DNA of 64,000 nucleotides from the human T2T-CHM13v2.0 reference genome, Homo sapiens. The stretch is taken from the NCBI RefSeq assembly GCF_009914755.1, contig NC_060934.1, one strand, 5' to 3'. Each line of letters begins with the position of its first letter. Within the stretch, counting starts at the first letter, position 1. The translations under genes were made by a program, and so were the position numbers. The notes below the pieces were generated by a model. The model was not told the origin of the DNA. It was given only the letters and a program-made list of their open reading frames with translations, and did no database searches. Positions 42,401-55,700 of this stretch are shown one piece after another.

Positions 42401-45269
42401 TCATGATCTGTTTCTCCAGCACTTTTCTTTTAAACTGTCTGGAGAGTTGAATGATAACAACAGGCCTTTTAAGAATTTTGGAGGTAGGAACTACAATGAT
42501 TCCCAAGCTGCTGATGAGGAACCGAGCCTCAGAGGGTTAATAACATCCCAGGATCTCATGCCCCCAAAAAGGGCAAGGCTCGGGAGGTGGAAAGACTTCT
42601 CATCACCAAGTATCACAGGGAGAAGGTCAGCTCCAGACTGAGCCTTAAAAAGTGTGTCTTGTTCAGGAAGGAGGTTGAGAAAGTGGGTGGCCACATGCCC
42701 GGGCCCTGGAAGGCTCCCTGGACCAGGGCCTCACGGACAGACTGAGAAAGCCGCTCCTGGCCTGGGTCATGCCTGCAGGGCCCTCGCTAGCCTATGAAAC
42801 CCCACAGGCCTGCACGTTTCCTCCACAAGCTGTGAGAGGCATCAGTATGTCCTCTCCGGAGTGACAAATGACACTCGACCCCGAGGCCCACGCAGGCTCG
42901 GTAATCAGTGACAGCTGCAGCAGCTGTTCTGCTGGCCAGGGGTCAAGGTCCCAGGCAGCTTCTCCTTATGGGGTATAACCTGATTGCACTGCAGCTCTGA
43001 GCTGCCCCAGGAGCCCCGTGCACAGAGCCTGAGACTATGTCAAGCCCATCTGTCAATCTGGAAGAGCCCACCTCTCAATCTATGGAAAGAGACCGGAACA
43101 GTGCAGGTGCCCACTCAGTGCTGAAATGATCAAGGAGTAAATGAGTGAGTGAGTGAAGGAATGCATGAATCCTTCCTCCTCTTCCCTCGTAAGAGACAAT
43201 CTCCAAGCAGCAATTGCCCCACCCTCATGGGCTTTTCCAGAACTGTGTGAGAAGAAAGGAGCTGCTCAGTGTCAGGGACACCCCTCCAAGTCCCACAGAC
43301 CACAGTAGCAGGCATCTGACTCATGCCAGACCTGTCCTCCTGCAGGGAGCACACATACCCACCTGCCCCTGTGTGGTCGGCAGCCATGCCCCTGAGCCCT
43401 AGAGGCAGCGGGGAGCAAGATCTCCAAGCCCCAGCTCCACACTGATGGCTGCTCCTGGACAAGGATGCAGGGACCTGGAAAGAAAGGACAATCCCCCACC
43501 GAAGGAAGCGGAGGGGCCGGGATTTGAGGTTACAGCATGGAAGGAAAGAGCTGAGCTTCAAAGGCCGCAGAAGAAGAACAGGCGGAGTTAACAGGAAAAA
43601 CCACAGTCAGGCCCTCTGGGAGAGGCTGGGGTTGCATGGAGGGCTGAGGAGGGGGAAGAGGGGCCAGGACTGGCAAAGGCTGCCTGACAGTCTGCCCTCC
43701 AGACAGCCACTTCCTCCCCTGTGCCTGCTCCATGTGGGAAGCCCTATGGGGGCTCAACTTTCAGCCCTGCTTCGGAGTGGGGGGACTGTCTCCTCCCTTG
43801 TCGCTCCCCATTCTCACCCCCACCCCCAACAGAGACCCCTTTCTGCAAGGCCAGGAGTGAGCGCACGGCATCAGACCCTTGCATCAGAGCCCTGGCACGT
43901 CCTTGTTTTCAGTGGTTTGGAAGTGAATCGTCTCTAGGTTTGTGTTGAGGCCAAGATACATGTTTTTCCTTTTCTCCGCTTTCCTTTCTTGTGCCTTGTT
44001 ATGACTGGCTTTGGAGCCTGGCTTACAGGGAGGGGGGATGGAGAATGGGCAGGCTGTGGGGGAGGTGGCTGGGGTCCCAGGGAGGGAGGTCTCGGGACAC
44101 CTGCCCTGCCAAAGTTAAGGCTACTGGGCAGGTGACCTTGGCCTCCAGGTCAGGGAAGCTGGAGGTATCTCATGGGCCACAGAGTCCCAGGATCCACAGA
44201 GGAAGGAGGAGGGAGCCGCTGGGAAAGTGGTTTAGGCTTAGGTGGTTGATGAGTGCGTGGGACAGGGGGAGGAGGAAGAAATGGGGAGGCTGCCACATGG
44301 CAGAGGAGGAACCCACACTCCGGAGAAACTCACTTTGTGTTCCAGCCTCCACTCGGAGCCGAGCGTCATCCCACCCACCCCGGGCTGGGTGTTTCTCCTT
44401 CACTTGGGAAAACCAAAAGGCAGAATTGAGGTTGCGGCCTCCAGAGCCCATCAGGACAAAAGACATGCCCTGAGCGCCCTGCACCAGCCCTGAGCTGAGT
44501 AGCGGCCCCACCAGCTGGCCCTTAGGGCTGAAAGCAAGAGCAGGCACGTGGGAGCTACCCAGGGTCTCGGGGTGCTGTGGAAGGTGCACCCCCACCAGCC
44601 TTCCACAGCCACCACATCCCAGGAGAGGCCAAGACACGCCCCAGACCAAACAGAAGACGGGAAAATGCTGGTTCTGAAAAATGTTTACATTCTCCTTCCC
44701 AGAATTCCAAGATACTAAGATGTCCTAAAACAAAAAGAAATGAAAAGATAGGAGGGAAAACACCCATTGATGAAAATGATTCATTCCCTCGATACATTTC
44801 TACAAAACTAACCTGGAGCAGGACCCAGAACTCTGCGTTCATCCGTCAGCACCCAGCTAACTCCTCCACACCCCTGTTCGGGGCCGGATGGCAAGACACC
44901 AAGATGGTTAAATTTAAGAGAAGTCACAGGATGGTGGAGACAGTTTAAATAACAAGCACCTGGGGAAGCGGTTCATTGCCGGGTCCGGACGAAGCCGCGT
45001 GGGAGCCGGGGGTGCAGGGTTATGGTTGTAGGACAAATTAGTGGACTTTCTACTTCAGGCACAGTTCTCCTGGCTTTTTTTCTCCCCAGACTCAACTGTC
45101 CGTCCAGGCCTCAGCAGCAGGACAGTGGAAGGTTCGAGGTTCCGGGTGATGGAATCACCTGGCCCCCTGTAGGCAGCCCCCTTCCTCTGAGACAGCCCCC
45201 AGCCAGAACTTCCTCAGCCAGTGTGGGGGATGGAGGTAGAAAACAAAGTTTACATGGACTCCCCTCTCA

Positions 45270-45619
<350 letters not shown>

Positions 45620-46206
45620 TGAAATGACAGGGCCAACAACACACAAAGAGAGAATCTGAGAGGAAAGGTGACTTGCCTCAGGTCACCCAGCCAAGGTAAT
45701 GGCCAAGCAGGTATCAGAAACTGGCCGTGCCATGAAACATGAGCTTCTGCTACCCGAAAAATAGCAGGGTTCATTCCCCTGTCAAGCAACAATGACTCTC
45801 TGTGAGAATGCAAGTTTTGATCCATGAGTTTATTACTTGGCTCCAATAAGGAGGGCACTGGGCATATTCTCAAAGCAGTGTCTCTCCAAGGGAAAGTGAC
45901 AGGAGGGTATTATGGGGCAATGGAGAGGGCAGAGGGTGCATCGTCGCATGTAGAGCAGGGGTCTCTGTGGCATGCCAGCACATGGGTTGCATGTTATGGT
46001 CCTGAAGCTGCAGCTTTTCCAGGGTAGAGACTTAGCATTGTCATGAGGAAAGTTCACTGGGATTCACGTCTAAGTTGCCAGGGTCTTTCAGGAGCTGGTT
46101 CTGACCAACAGGGTGGCCTCATTCCACCCAGGGTTGGGAAGAGTAGGCTGCAGGGCAGGAGGCTGTAACCCAGGCTGATGGCTCAACTGGATTAAATTCC
46201 TCCGGT

Positions 46207-46369
46207 CCCTGGATGTGGTGGCGCACACCTGTGGTCCCAGCTGTACTCAGGAGGCTGAGATGGGAGGATCACTTGAACCCAGGAGGTCAAGGCTGCAGTG
46301 AGCTGTGATCACACTACTGCACTCCAGCCTGGGCAACAGAGCTAGACCCTGTCTCAAAAAAAAAAAAAA
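46207..46369 (+). mobile_element. Alu right monomer (FRAM/AluJ)
   Basis: Single arm with A-tail. Confidence 0.88.
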
Positions 46370-46450
46370 TCCTATGGTGGTCCCTGGAGACCCTCCTTGT
46401 CTCCTTACACTTCAGCCCTGGTGCATTTTCTGCAGAATTAAGATCTGAGT

Positions 46451-46739
46451 CAGTCAAAGGGTATAACATTTTAGCTATGCAGGATGAGTAAGTTATTTGA
46501 GATCTAATGTATGGCATCATGAGTACAGTTAATAATACTGTATCCTGGGAATTTGCTAAAAGATTTTATCTTAAGTGTTCTCACCACACACACAGAAATA
46601 CTGTCGCTACGCGAGCTGATGGGTTTGTTCATTAGTTTGACTGATAATCATTTCGGTCTATACATATATCAAAGCATCATGTACACCTTAAATATATACA
46701 ATTTTTATTTGTTAATTATACCTCAATAAAGCTGAAAAA
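46451..46739 (+). mobile_element. L1MA-type 3' end
   Basis: GTCAAAGGGTATAAC...ACAGTTAATAATACTGTAT...TACACCTTAAATATATACAATTTTTATTTG...CCTCAATAAAGCTG. Confidence 0.9.
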
Positions 46740-47369
46740 GTCTTTTTAAATTAATTTTAATTTTAGAAGAATTGAGAGCATAAAGTGACCTTTGAGACCT
46801 TTCGCAGGCACCCTGCGTGTTTCAGGTAAGAAGTCCGAGGCCCGGGGTGTGACACCCCCAGGCCACCAGCTCTGAACGACCTGTAATCAGGGTGGCCCAG
46901 CTCCACCCAGCCCGTGGCTCCCTGGGACTGAGTTGCCTTCAATGCCTCCAGGGCTGGGGATTACTGACGGTGGCAGGGAGCAGGGGCCTTCTAGATGACA
47001 CCCTCCTGGGCCCAGGCCACAGTCAGCTTGGCGAGGCCCAAGGCTTCTCCCGCGGCTCCTCCCACGGCCCAGATGGGACGCAGGCCGATCTAGGCTGTCC
47101 CGCTCGTGCCCCCGTGTGGCCAAACGCTAAACACCAGGAGGGTGCAAATGGACCTGGGCAGCTTTTGAGCCTGCTGCACCTGTCACCCGCAGGTCAGGGC
47201 CAATGGAGTTCAGGACGTCTGCGCACCAACGACTCAGACCACAAACCTGTGCCTGAGCAGTGGCTGGCAAATATTTAGGGGTGAACCTGCAGCTCATTCA
47301 TGAAAACTAAGAACATGCAGAGGACCCCGAGCTTCAAGCAGCTTAATGGTGACACTAAAAAGCTCACCT

Positions 47370-47580
47370 CAGCCTGGGCAACATAGGGAGACCCTGTCTC
47401 TGCAAAAAATTAAAAAATCAGCCGTGCATGGTGGTGTGTACCTGTAGTCCCAGCCCAGCTACTCTGGAGGCTGAGGCATGAAAATTGCTTAAGCATGAGA
47501 AATCAAGGCTGCAGTGAGCCAAGATCACGCCACTGCACTCCAGCCTGGGTGACAGAGTGAGACCCTGTCTCAAAAAAGTT
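47370..47580 (+). mobile_element. 5'-truncated Alu (AluJ)
   Basis: TSD AAAAAGCT(C/A)ACCTCA. Confidence 0.9.
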
Positions 47581-47794
47581 AAAAAGCTAACCTCAACAAT
47601 CTCCCCTTTTGTTCTGATCTTCAGCAGTTACAGGATCCCAGAAGGATCACTTCCCCAAAGCAGCCCCTTTCGGCCCAGCCCCATGGCTAAATTCCCACTC
47701 ATTATAAAGGGTAGGACACTCGGGGTGACTTATCCTCCAGTGTCTGGAGCCCACAATATTTTAGGGACCCAAGAAAACGTTCTTACTTGCACTC

Positions 47795-48108
<314 letters not shown>

Positions 48109-48948
48109 CCCACTTCTTTTCAAGTCAAATTTTAATATAATAATAATATACAGTTATGAATCCAGCCTAGATTACATTCATATTTGTACCAACAGTCCTC
48201 AAATCGCATTTTTATTTTCTTTATAGAGAAAGAGGTCCCGGAAAGGAAAAGAGCCCCGACCAGGCCCCCTGTTCCTATGCAGCCCCAGGACTCTGTGCCT
48301 CTGAAAGCTCTCACTTATAAAGGTAAAATCCATTTCCAAAGACGAGGAGTACCGTGGGCCCATTCTCGCTTGCTTTCTCTGAGACAGCACAGATCTGAGG
48401 GGGTGTCCAGGACAGTGAAGCCATCAAAGAGCGCGTGACAGGAAGGGGGATGCTTGGCCTGGAGTGGGCAGAGGAAGACAACACGGGCTACGCGGGCGTC
48501 TCCACCTCCGCAGAAGCAGTGAGAAGAAAGGAGCAGTCAGGCACAGCTGGGTTCGTCTTCCCGGGAATGTGATCTGGAGGAAACGGTTTAACCTCCCAGA
48601 CCTCCCCACATCTGTAAAGCAGAGAAGACAGCAGCACTTGCCCGATGCGGCCATCTCGAAGGCTCGCCACCCGCGGGAGGCACCGGAAACGGAACTGCCA
48701 GGACCCTTTTCTCAAGATGGCGCCCAAGGTAATGAAGGAAGCGCCTGCCCCTCCCAAAGCCCAAGCCACAGTAGGGGCTTTGAGGACCAAGGAGGCGGTG
48801 CTGAAAGGTGTCCACAGCCACAAAAAGTAGATCCGCCGTCAGCCACCCTCCGGCGGCCCAAGACGCTGCAGCTCCGGAGACAGCCCAGCTATCCTCGGAA
48901 GAGCACCCGAAGGAGCGTCCCCAACCCGAGTCCGCCATAAAGACGTTA

Positions 48949-49028
48949 TTAGATTGGTGCAAAAGTAATCATGGTTTTTGCCATTACTTTAGATGGCAAA
49001 AACCGCAATTACTTTTGCACCAGCCTAA
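48949..49028. mobile_element. MADE1 (Hsmar1-derived mariner MITE), 80 bp
   Basis: Palindromic TTAGATTGGTGCAAAAGTAAT...ATTACTTTTGCACCAGCCTAA; TA target on the left (48947-48948), mutated to CA on the right. Confidence 0.95.
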
Positions 49029-49204
49029 CAGAAGACAACCACACACGTGCTTCTTATGGATGTCAAAGCTGGCAGGCGCTGGGCAAACAGGCTGGAAAGA
49101 AGCCCTCCGACATCGGTATGCCCAAGGCCCATACCCTGCTCAGGCCCGAGGTTCAATTGGCACCTGGCTAAGATGGTTTGGATGCTGCCCACAAAACCGG
49201 GTCA

Positions 49205-49544
<340 letters not shown>

Positions 49545-50374
49545 TAAACTGCATCCAGCTGGCTAATCCTAAATATATACTTTTTCCCATGAAAAGAGTG
49601 GAGCCATCATAATAATGTGCTTTTGCTCTCATTTCCCAGGTGGACCCTGAGCCAGGCCGCATCCAGTGGGGAGCCCTGCATGGGCAGCAGGTGAAGCCCC
49701 TTGGAGATGCCCAGGGATCCAAAGGCGACATCATTGATGGCAAGGCTGCCCCTCTTGGTCTCTGGGTTTGCCACCACTCTGGCTTGGAGACAGGTGCTGC
49801 AGCCTTCCCAATGCTGGGCTCACTCTGGACTCGTCATGAAGTGCTTTCTGCCAGGGCACCCTGGTTGGAAGTTTAGAAGCCCTAAAGGACAGCTACAATT
49901 GTGGCAGCTGTGAGAGAGCAGCTGTTGTTGATCCACACACGGGCCAGAAGGTTTATTCCGAGAGGTTCTGGAAATCTGCTGGGAGGGATGACTCCCTTGT
50001 GTGGGGAACACACTCAGATAGTTGCATATTCACTCATCTACACCACACCATGAATAAAACTTAGATTCCAGATTTTAAACACTGCCAAAGGGCAACTTCC
50101 TCCCTTTACCCACTGACCTCACAACTGCCCTCAGCACACAGTCATCCCAGACCTGCTCCCACAACAGGGCTCCCTCCACTGCTGCGGCCCGGCTCAGGGT
50201 CACCCTGGGAAATGATGGTTAAAAAATAAAAATGACTGAGGTGCCCGGTTCAGCCTTCTGTGCCGAATGAGCGCAGCAGCCAGGTGCAACCGGAATGACG
50301 GATGGGAACCAACAGATGTCCCTCCCACATGGCACCAGCAGCCAGGGCCCCTGAAGGCCACTGTTCACCTTGGC

Positions 50375-51108
<734 letters not shown>

Positions 51109-51203
51109 TGTTGTTGTTTTAAGCCAGCAATACACCTCACCACATTAGTGTGGATGTCTGGAGAAAGTGTTGAGACTACATTGGCATCTAAAAATTCCAG
51201 TTG

Positions 51204-51497
51204 TGTCGAACGTAGCGGCTCACGCCTATAATCGCAGCAATCTAGGAGGCCAAGGTGAAAGGATTTCTTGAGCCCAGGAGATCAAGACCAGCCTGGGAAA
51301 CATGGCGAGATCCCATCTCTACAAAACATTTTTAAAAATAGCCAGGCATGGTGGTGCACACCTGTGGTCCCAGTTTTTCATGAAGCTGAGGCAGGAGGAT
51401 CACTTGGACCCAGGAGTTCAAGGCTGCTATGAACTGTGATTGCGCCACTGAACTCCAGCCTGGGTGACAGAGTCAGACCCTATTTCAAATAAATAAA
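51204..51497 (+). mobile_element. Alu (AluJ)
   Basis: Exact 15-bp TSD TAAAAATTCCAGTTG. Confidence 0.94.
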
Positions 51498-51577
51498 TAA
51501 AAATTCCAGTTGCTAAAGCCACAAATATCCAGAACCCACACACTGACCTGTGCCTTCCAGGACTGCAGGTGGGGTGG

Positions 51578-51963
51578 GTACTGTCTCACTGGTTACTATA
51601 ACGGAGTACCACAGTCTGGATGGCTTAAACGGCAGACACTTATTTTCTCACGGTCCTGGAAGCTGGAAGTCCAAGGTCAAAGTGCTGGTGTGGTTGGGTT
51701 CTGGTGAGGGCTGTTGTCCTGGCGTGCAGACAGCCACTTTCTCACTGTGTCCTCCCGTAGCTTTTTCTGTCTGAGACAGAGATCTCTGGTGTCTTTTTCC
51801 TTTTGTTATAAGAACACCAGTTTTTTTGAAGAGAACAGTCCCACCTTTATGATTTCCTTTAACCTTACTCACCCCCTTAAAGGCCCTACCTCCAAATATA
51901 ATCACATTGGAAGTTAGGGCTTCAAAATATGAATTTGGAGGAGGCCTAATTAAGTCTGTAGCA
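51578..51963 (-). mobile_element. MaLR LTR (MLT1A0/B-like)
   Basis: TACCACAGTCTGGATGGCTTAAAC...GAAGTCCAAGGTCAAAGTG...GCTTCAAAATATGAATTTGG. Confidence 0.85.
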
Positions 51964-53139
51964 GGCATTCCCAGCAATGCATCAAAAAACAAAAACAAAA
52001 AAAAAAAAAACACGGAAGGTTGGAAAGAGAATGCAGTGAGGAAAGGGTCGGAAAGGGAGGGGCTGTGGCCAGGACGGGTGTCAGAGAGAACTGCCAAAGA
52101 GATTTGAAAACCAGGGACCCAGATCATCCTCCGGGCCACTCCCAAATCAAGGGAAGAGGCTGGACGGGTCCAGGGTCGTCTCCTTCTTTTCTGTGTCAGA
52201 TCTCCTTGATTCTACACTAACTCCAGGCATCTTTCTTCCTGTCCTATCCAGTCCTCACCATAGACTCATTCTGGAAAGCGGGGAGGGATGGCAGGAGAGG
52301 GAGCAGAAAGAGAAACTATTACGCTGTAGGTCCCGGAGAACACTGCTCTCCCTGGGTCTGGGAGCTTAGGCACTTTCTGCCACACCCCACGCCTCACAAG
52401 ACTGAAAGAGTTTCATCAGGGTCTGAGCTCTGGGATTTGGAAACACTCATGGAAAACAGAGCAGAGCCTGAGTTTTGCGGAGAATCCCTGCCTTCTCCTA
52501 AAATACTCCTGGAGGAGGCAGCATCAGAATGCATGCTTGAGACGCACCACAGGATCTGCTTCCCCAAATCCTCAAACACACAGGACAGATGCCTCCTGGT
52601 CCCCATCATAACCCATCAATCACGCCCCAAAGCCGCCTGAGCCCTCACCTCCCGACTCTCCGAAAGCTGCCAACAATTACTGCTGAGCCAGCAATGCATA
52701 ATAGTCTCCTTTCTGCCTTCCCGTCTCTTTCTGTCTTTTGTTCCCTGCCTGGAAATCTATATAGCATGAAAGGAGCTGTTGAGGTGTGTGTGGTTTTTTT
52801 TTTACCAAGAATCGGAAAATTTGAGTCATCTTTTTACAAAGTTAGACTGCGAAGGTTGTAGTCCTCTCTAAGGATTTAATAATGAAGTGAAGAGACCAGA
52901 GGTGACCAGAAACAAGTATGAGAGGAAACGAGAAGCCGTTATTCATGGATTTCCTGCAGTGTGCTCAGCACAGTACTACTCTAGGAGTTGGAGGATTTTT
53001 TTTTAAAGTGGTGGTGCTAGGGGCTGAGTGGTGCTACTTACTGTCTATTCTTCTGTTCTTCCTCAGTAAGAGAAACCTTATATTGCTTGGGATGGCACTG
53101 TGCCCAAAGTAAAACAAACACATCAAAAAAAAAATACAC

Positions 53140-53554
53140 AAGGCTTGCTTGGCTGGCAGACACTCCTTTTGCCAAGCTCTTTCCATTTTCTTCCTGCCTG
53201 GAAGATAGACATGATGACCAGAGCTGTAGCAGCCATCTTGGGACCATGAGGGTCCCATGGTCAAAAGATCAAAAAAACTGCAAAAGCTTTGGCTGTGGTA
53301 TACATGAGGGCTGTCAAACTACAGCCCATGAGTCAAATCTGGCCCACTACTTGTTTTAGTAAATAGTTTTGTTGGAACACAGTCATGCTCATTTATTTGT
53401 CTGGAGCTAATTTTGCCCTGTCTATGACAAAGGGGAGTGGTTGTAACCGAGACCACTTGGCCCACAATGCTAAAAATATTGACTATCAGAAAAAAAAAAT
53501 TATAAACCTCTGCTCTAAACCACAGGCAGTAACTGCCTATCTCCAGACTTATTA

Positions 53555-53600
<46 letters not shown>

Positions 53601-53672
53601 TCTTGTGTTTGACATGAGGTTTCTTGTGTTTAACATAACGTTTCTGTTACTCACAGACTAATAGATATAATA
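53140..53672 (+). mobile_element. Old MaLR LTR fragment (MLT1J/K-like) interrupted by MER58A
   Basis: CTTCCTGCCTGGAA...GCAGCCATCTTGGGACCATGAGG on the left; CTGCCTATCTCCAGACTT...TTTCTGTTACTCACAG on the right. Confidence 0.65.
53303..53512 (+). mobile_element. MER58A hAT-Charlie MITE
   Basis: CAAACTACAGCCCATGAGTCAAATCTGGCCCAC...GTAAATAGTTTTGTTGGAACACAGTCATGCTCATTT. Confidence 0.85.
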
Positions 53673-54020
53673 CTGTTTACACTCGAGGCACTCAGAGTTT
53701 ACACAGCTGTGGAAGCAGAACATGGCAACGTTTAGAAAATTAAGAAAAAAGACACATCCCAAATCATCGCCAACCAGCAGAACATAGCCCTACACAACCC
53801 CAAGCAGCAATATTCACGGCGTCCTCTAGGTGGAGCTCTGCAGTGCACAGCCTGGGTAGCTGGAGGCAGCAGCCCTGTATCTCTGGCTTCATCCTGCAGC
53901 CAATTAATTCAACCAGTATATGGGGATTATCTCTGTGTCAGACACTGTGGAAAGTGAATACAACATGGCCCCTGGTCTTTAGAAGCTTATAGGATAAAAG
54001 AAATATACCAAGTAGCCGTA

Positions 54021-54408
54021 TGGTATGGACTAACTTGTGTCCCTCACCCAAATTCATATGTGGACGCCCTACCCCTCAATGTGACTGTATTTGGAGTTGG
54101 GGCCTTCGAGGGTGTAATTAAGGTTACATGAGGTCATAAGACTGAGGCCCTAAACCAAATAGGTCTGGTTCCTTATAAGAAGAGGAAGAGACACCCAGGA
54201 TGCGCACACGCGGAGGAGAGACCGCGTGAAGACACCATGAGAAAGAAGGTGGTTCGTACATCAAGGAGAGAGGCCTCAGGGGAAACCAAACCTGCTGACA
54301 GTTTGATCTTGGATTTCCAGCCTCTAGAACTTGGGGAAAATGTATTTCTATTGTTTAAGGCCCCCAATCTGTGGTCTTTTGTTATGGCAGCCATAGCCAA
54401 GTAACACA
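54021..54408 (+). mobile_element. MaLR solo LTR (MLT1B-like)
   Basis: TGGTATGGACTAACTTGTGTCCC...AATGTGACTGTATTTGGAG...TTGTTATGGCAGCC...TAACACA. Confidence 0.88.
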
Positions 54409-55117
54409 CAATTTAAATAGACCACATGGTGGCTCGAGGTCAGTGCTCCAGAGATTCAAATGTCACATAGCGAATAGCATCATTCCAAGGCCTGAAGGAT
54501 AAAGACATGACAGCCCCTGTGTCCGCTGAGACAACCAACCATTGCTGCTCCACACACCTTCAGCAAGCACTGCTCAGGCTGGGGCACCTGATGCTGAGAT
54601 CTCCCTTGATAGGTGTTCTATTTGAAGAGCAAAGATTGTGTCCCAGCTATTGAACGCCCACCCAGGCTTCATCCACCTGGGCACCCAGTCCGGTCCAGTC
54701 CATCTCTGCACTGGCAGGCACGGCCTGGCTTTCACATTCCTCTCTCACCGCCTCTCCCAACTCCATATCTGGCCTCCAGCTCTGCCAGCTGCCTGTTTAC
54801 ACCACACGCCACAATCTGATCAATTTTCCAGAACATGTGTGTTTCGGTTCATATCATTCCTTGACTGGAGATACAGAGCTCAGATTCCCTTTCTCCATGA
54901 TGCATTTTTTAAAAACAACGAATTCTCAAGCACTGTTTTCCTCTTGTGTGGCATTCACTCCATTCTGGCTTCTGTTGAGACGATGTTGATAAAGCTGATG
55001 CATCTTTTATCCTCTCCTAAATGGGAGGGTCTTAAAGGGAAGCCAAGATCTTTGCATTTCCCTTCCCGAGACTCAGTTCAGAGCCATGTATTAGACATTC
55101 AACACGTGCCCATTAAA

Positions 55118-55700
55118 TAATAGATCAATGATAGATCAATAGATGGATGATAGCTCAAGAGACAGATATATTGATTGATTGATTGATGATAGATATATAA
55201 ACAGATGATCAATGATAGATCAATAGATAATAAACAGATAAATAGATGATTGATGGACAGATAGATAGCCAGTGGCTGACACCTGTAATACCAGCTACTC
55301 AGGAGGCTGAGGCAGGAGGATTGCTTGAGTCCAGAAGTTCCAAGCTGTGGTACACTACACAGATCAGGGGTCCACACTAAGTTTGGCATCCATATGGTGA
55401 CCTCGCAGGATCAAGGGACTGCCAGGTTGCCTAGGGAGGGGTGAACCAGCCCAGATTGGAAATGGAGCAAGTCTAAACACCCATAATGATCAGTAGCGGG
55501 ATCACTCCCGTGAATAGCCACTGCACTCCAGCCTGGGCAAGATAGTGAGGCCCTGTCTCTAAAAAAAAATTGAAAGATGATAGATAATAGATAATCAATG
55601 GATGGATAGATAAATGAATAGATAGATGACTGATGGATGGATAGGTAGATAGAGGGATAATAGATGATAGAGAGAAGGAATAGATGATGATAGATGAGAG
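55118..55700. repeat. Degenerate (GATA/GATG)n tract split by the 7SL retrocopy
   Basis: GATA-type repeats at about 55118-55267 and 55574-55700. Confidence 0.85.
55268..55569 (+). pseudogene. 7SL (SRP RNA, RN7SL) retro-pseudogene, near full length
   Basis: Contains the S domain absent from Alu (CACTAAGTTTGGCATCCATATGGTGACC, CCAGGTTGCCTAGGGAGGGGTGAACC, GATCAGTAGCGGGATC, GTGAATAGCCACTGCACTCCAGCC) plus an A9 tail; many substitutions. Confidence 0.93.

Noticed and set aside
48645-48830. Functional RPL23A-like CDS
   Set aside because: Premature TAG after HSHKK, frameshifts, deletions and a MADE1 insertion.
48949-49028. Long hairpin resembling a pre-miRNA
   Set aside because: It is a MADE1 palindrome. 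Some MADE1 copies yield miR-548 family miRNAs, but expression cannot be inferred from sequence.
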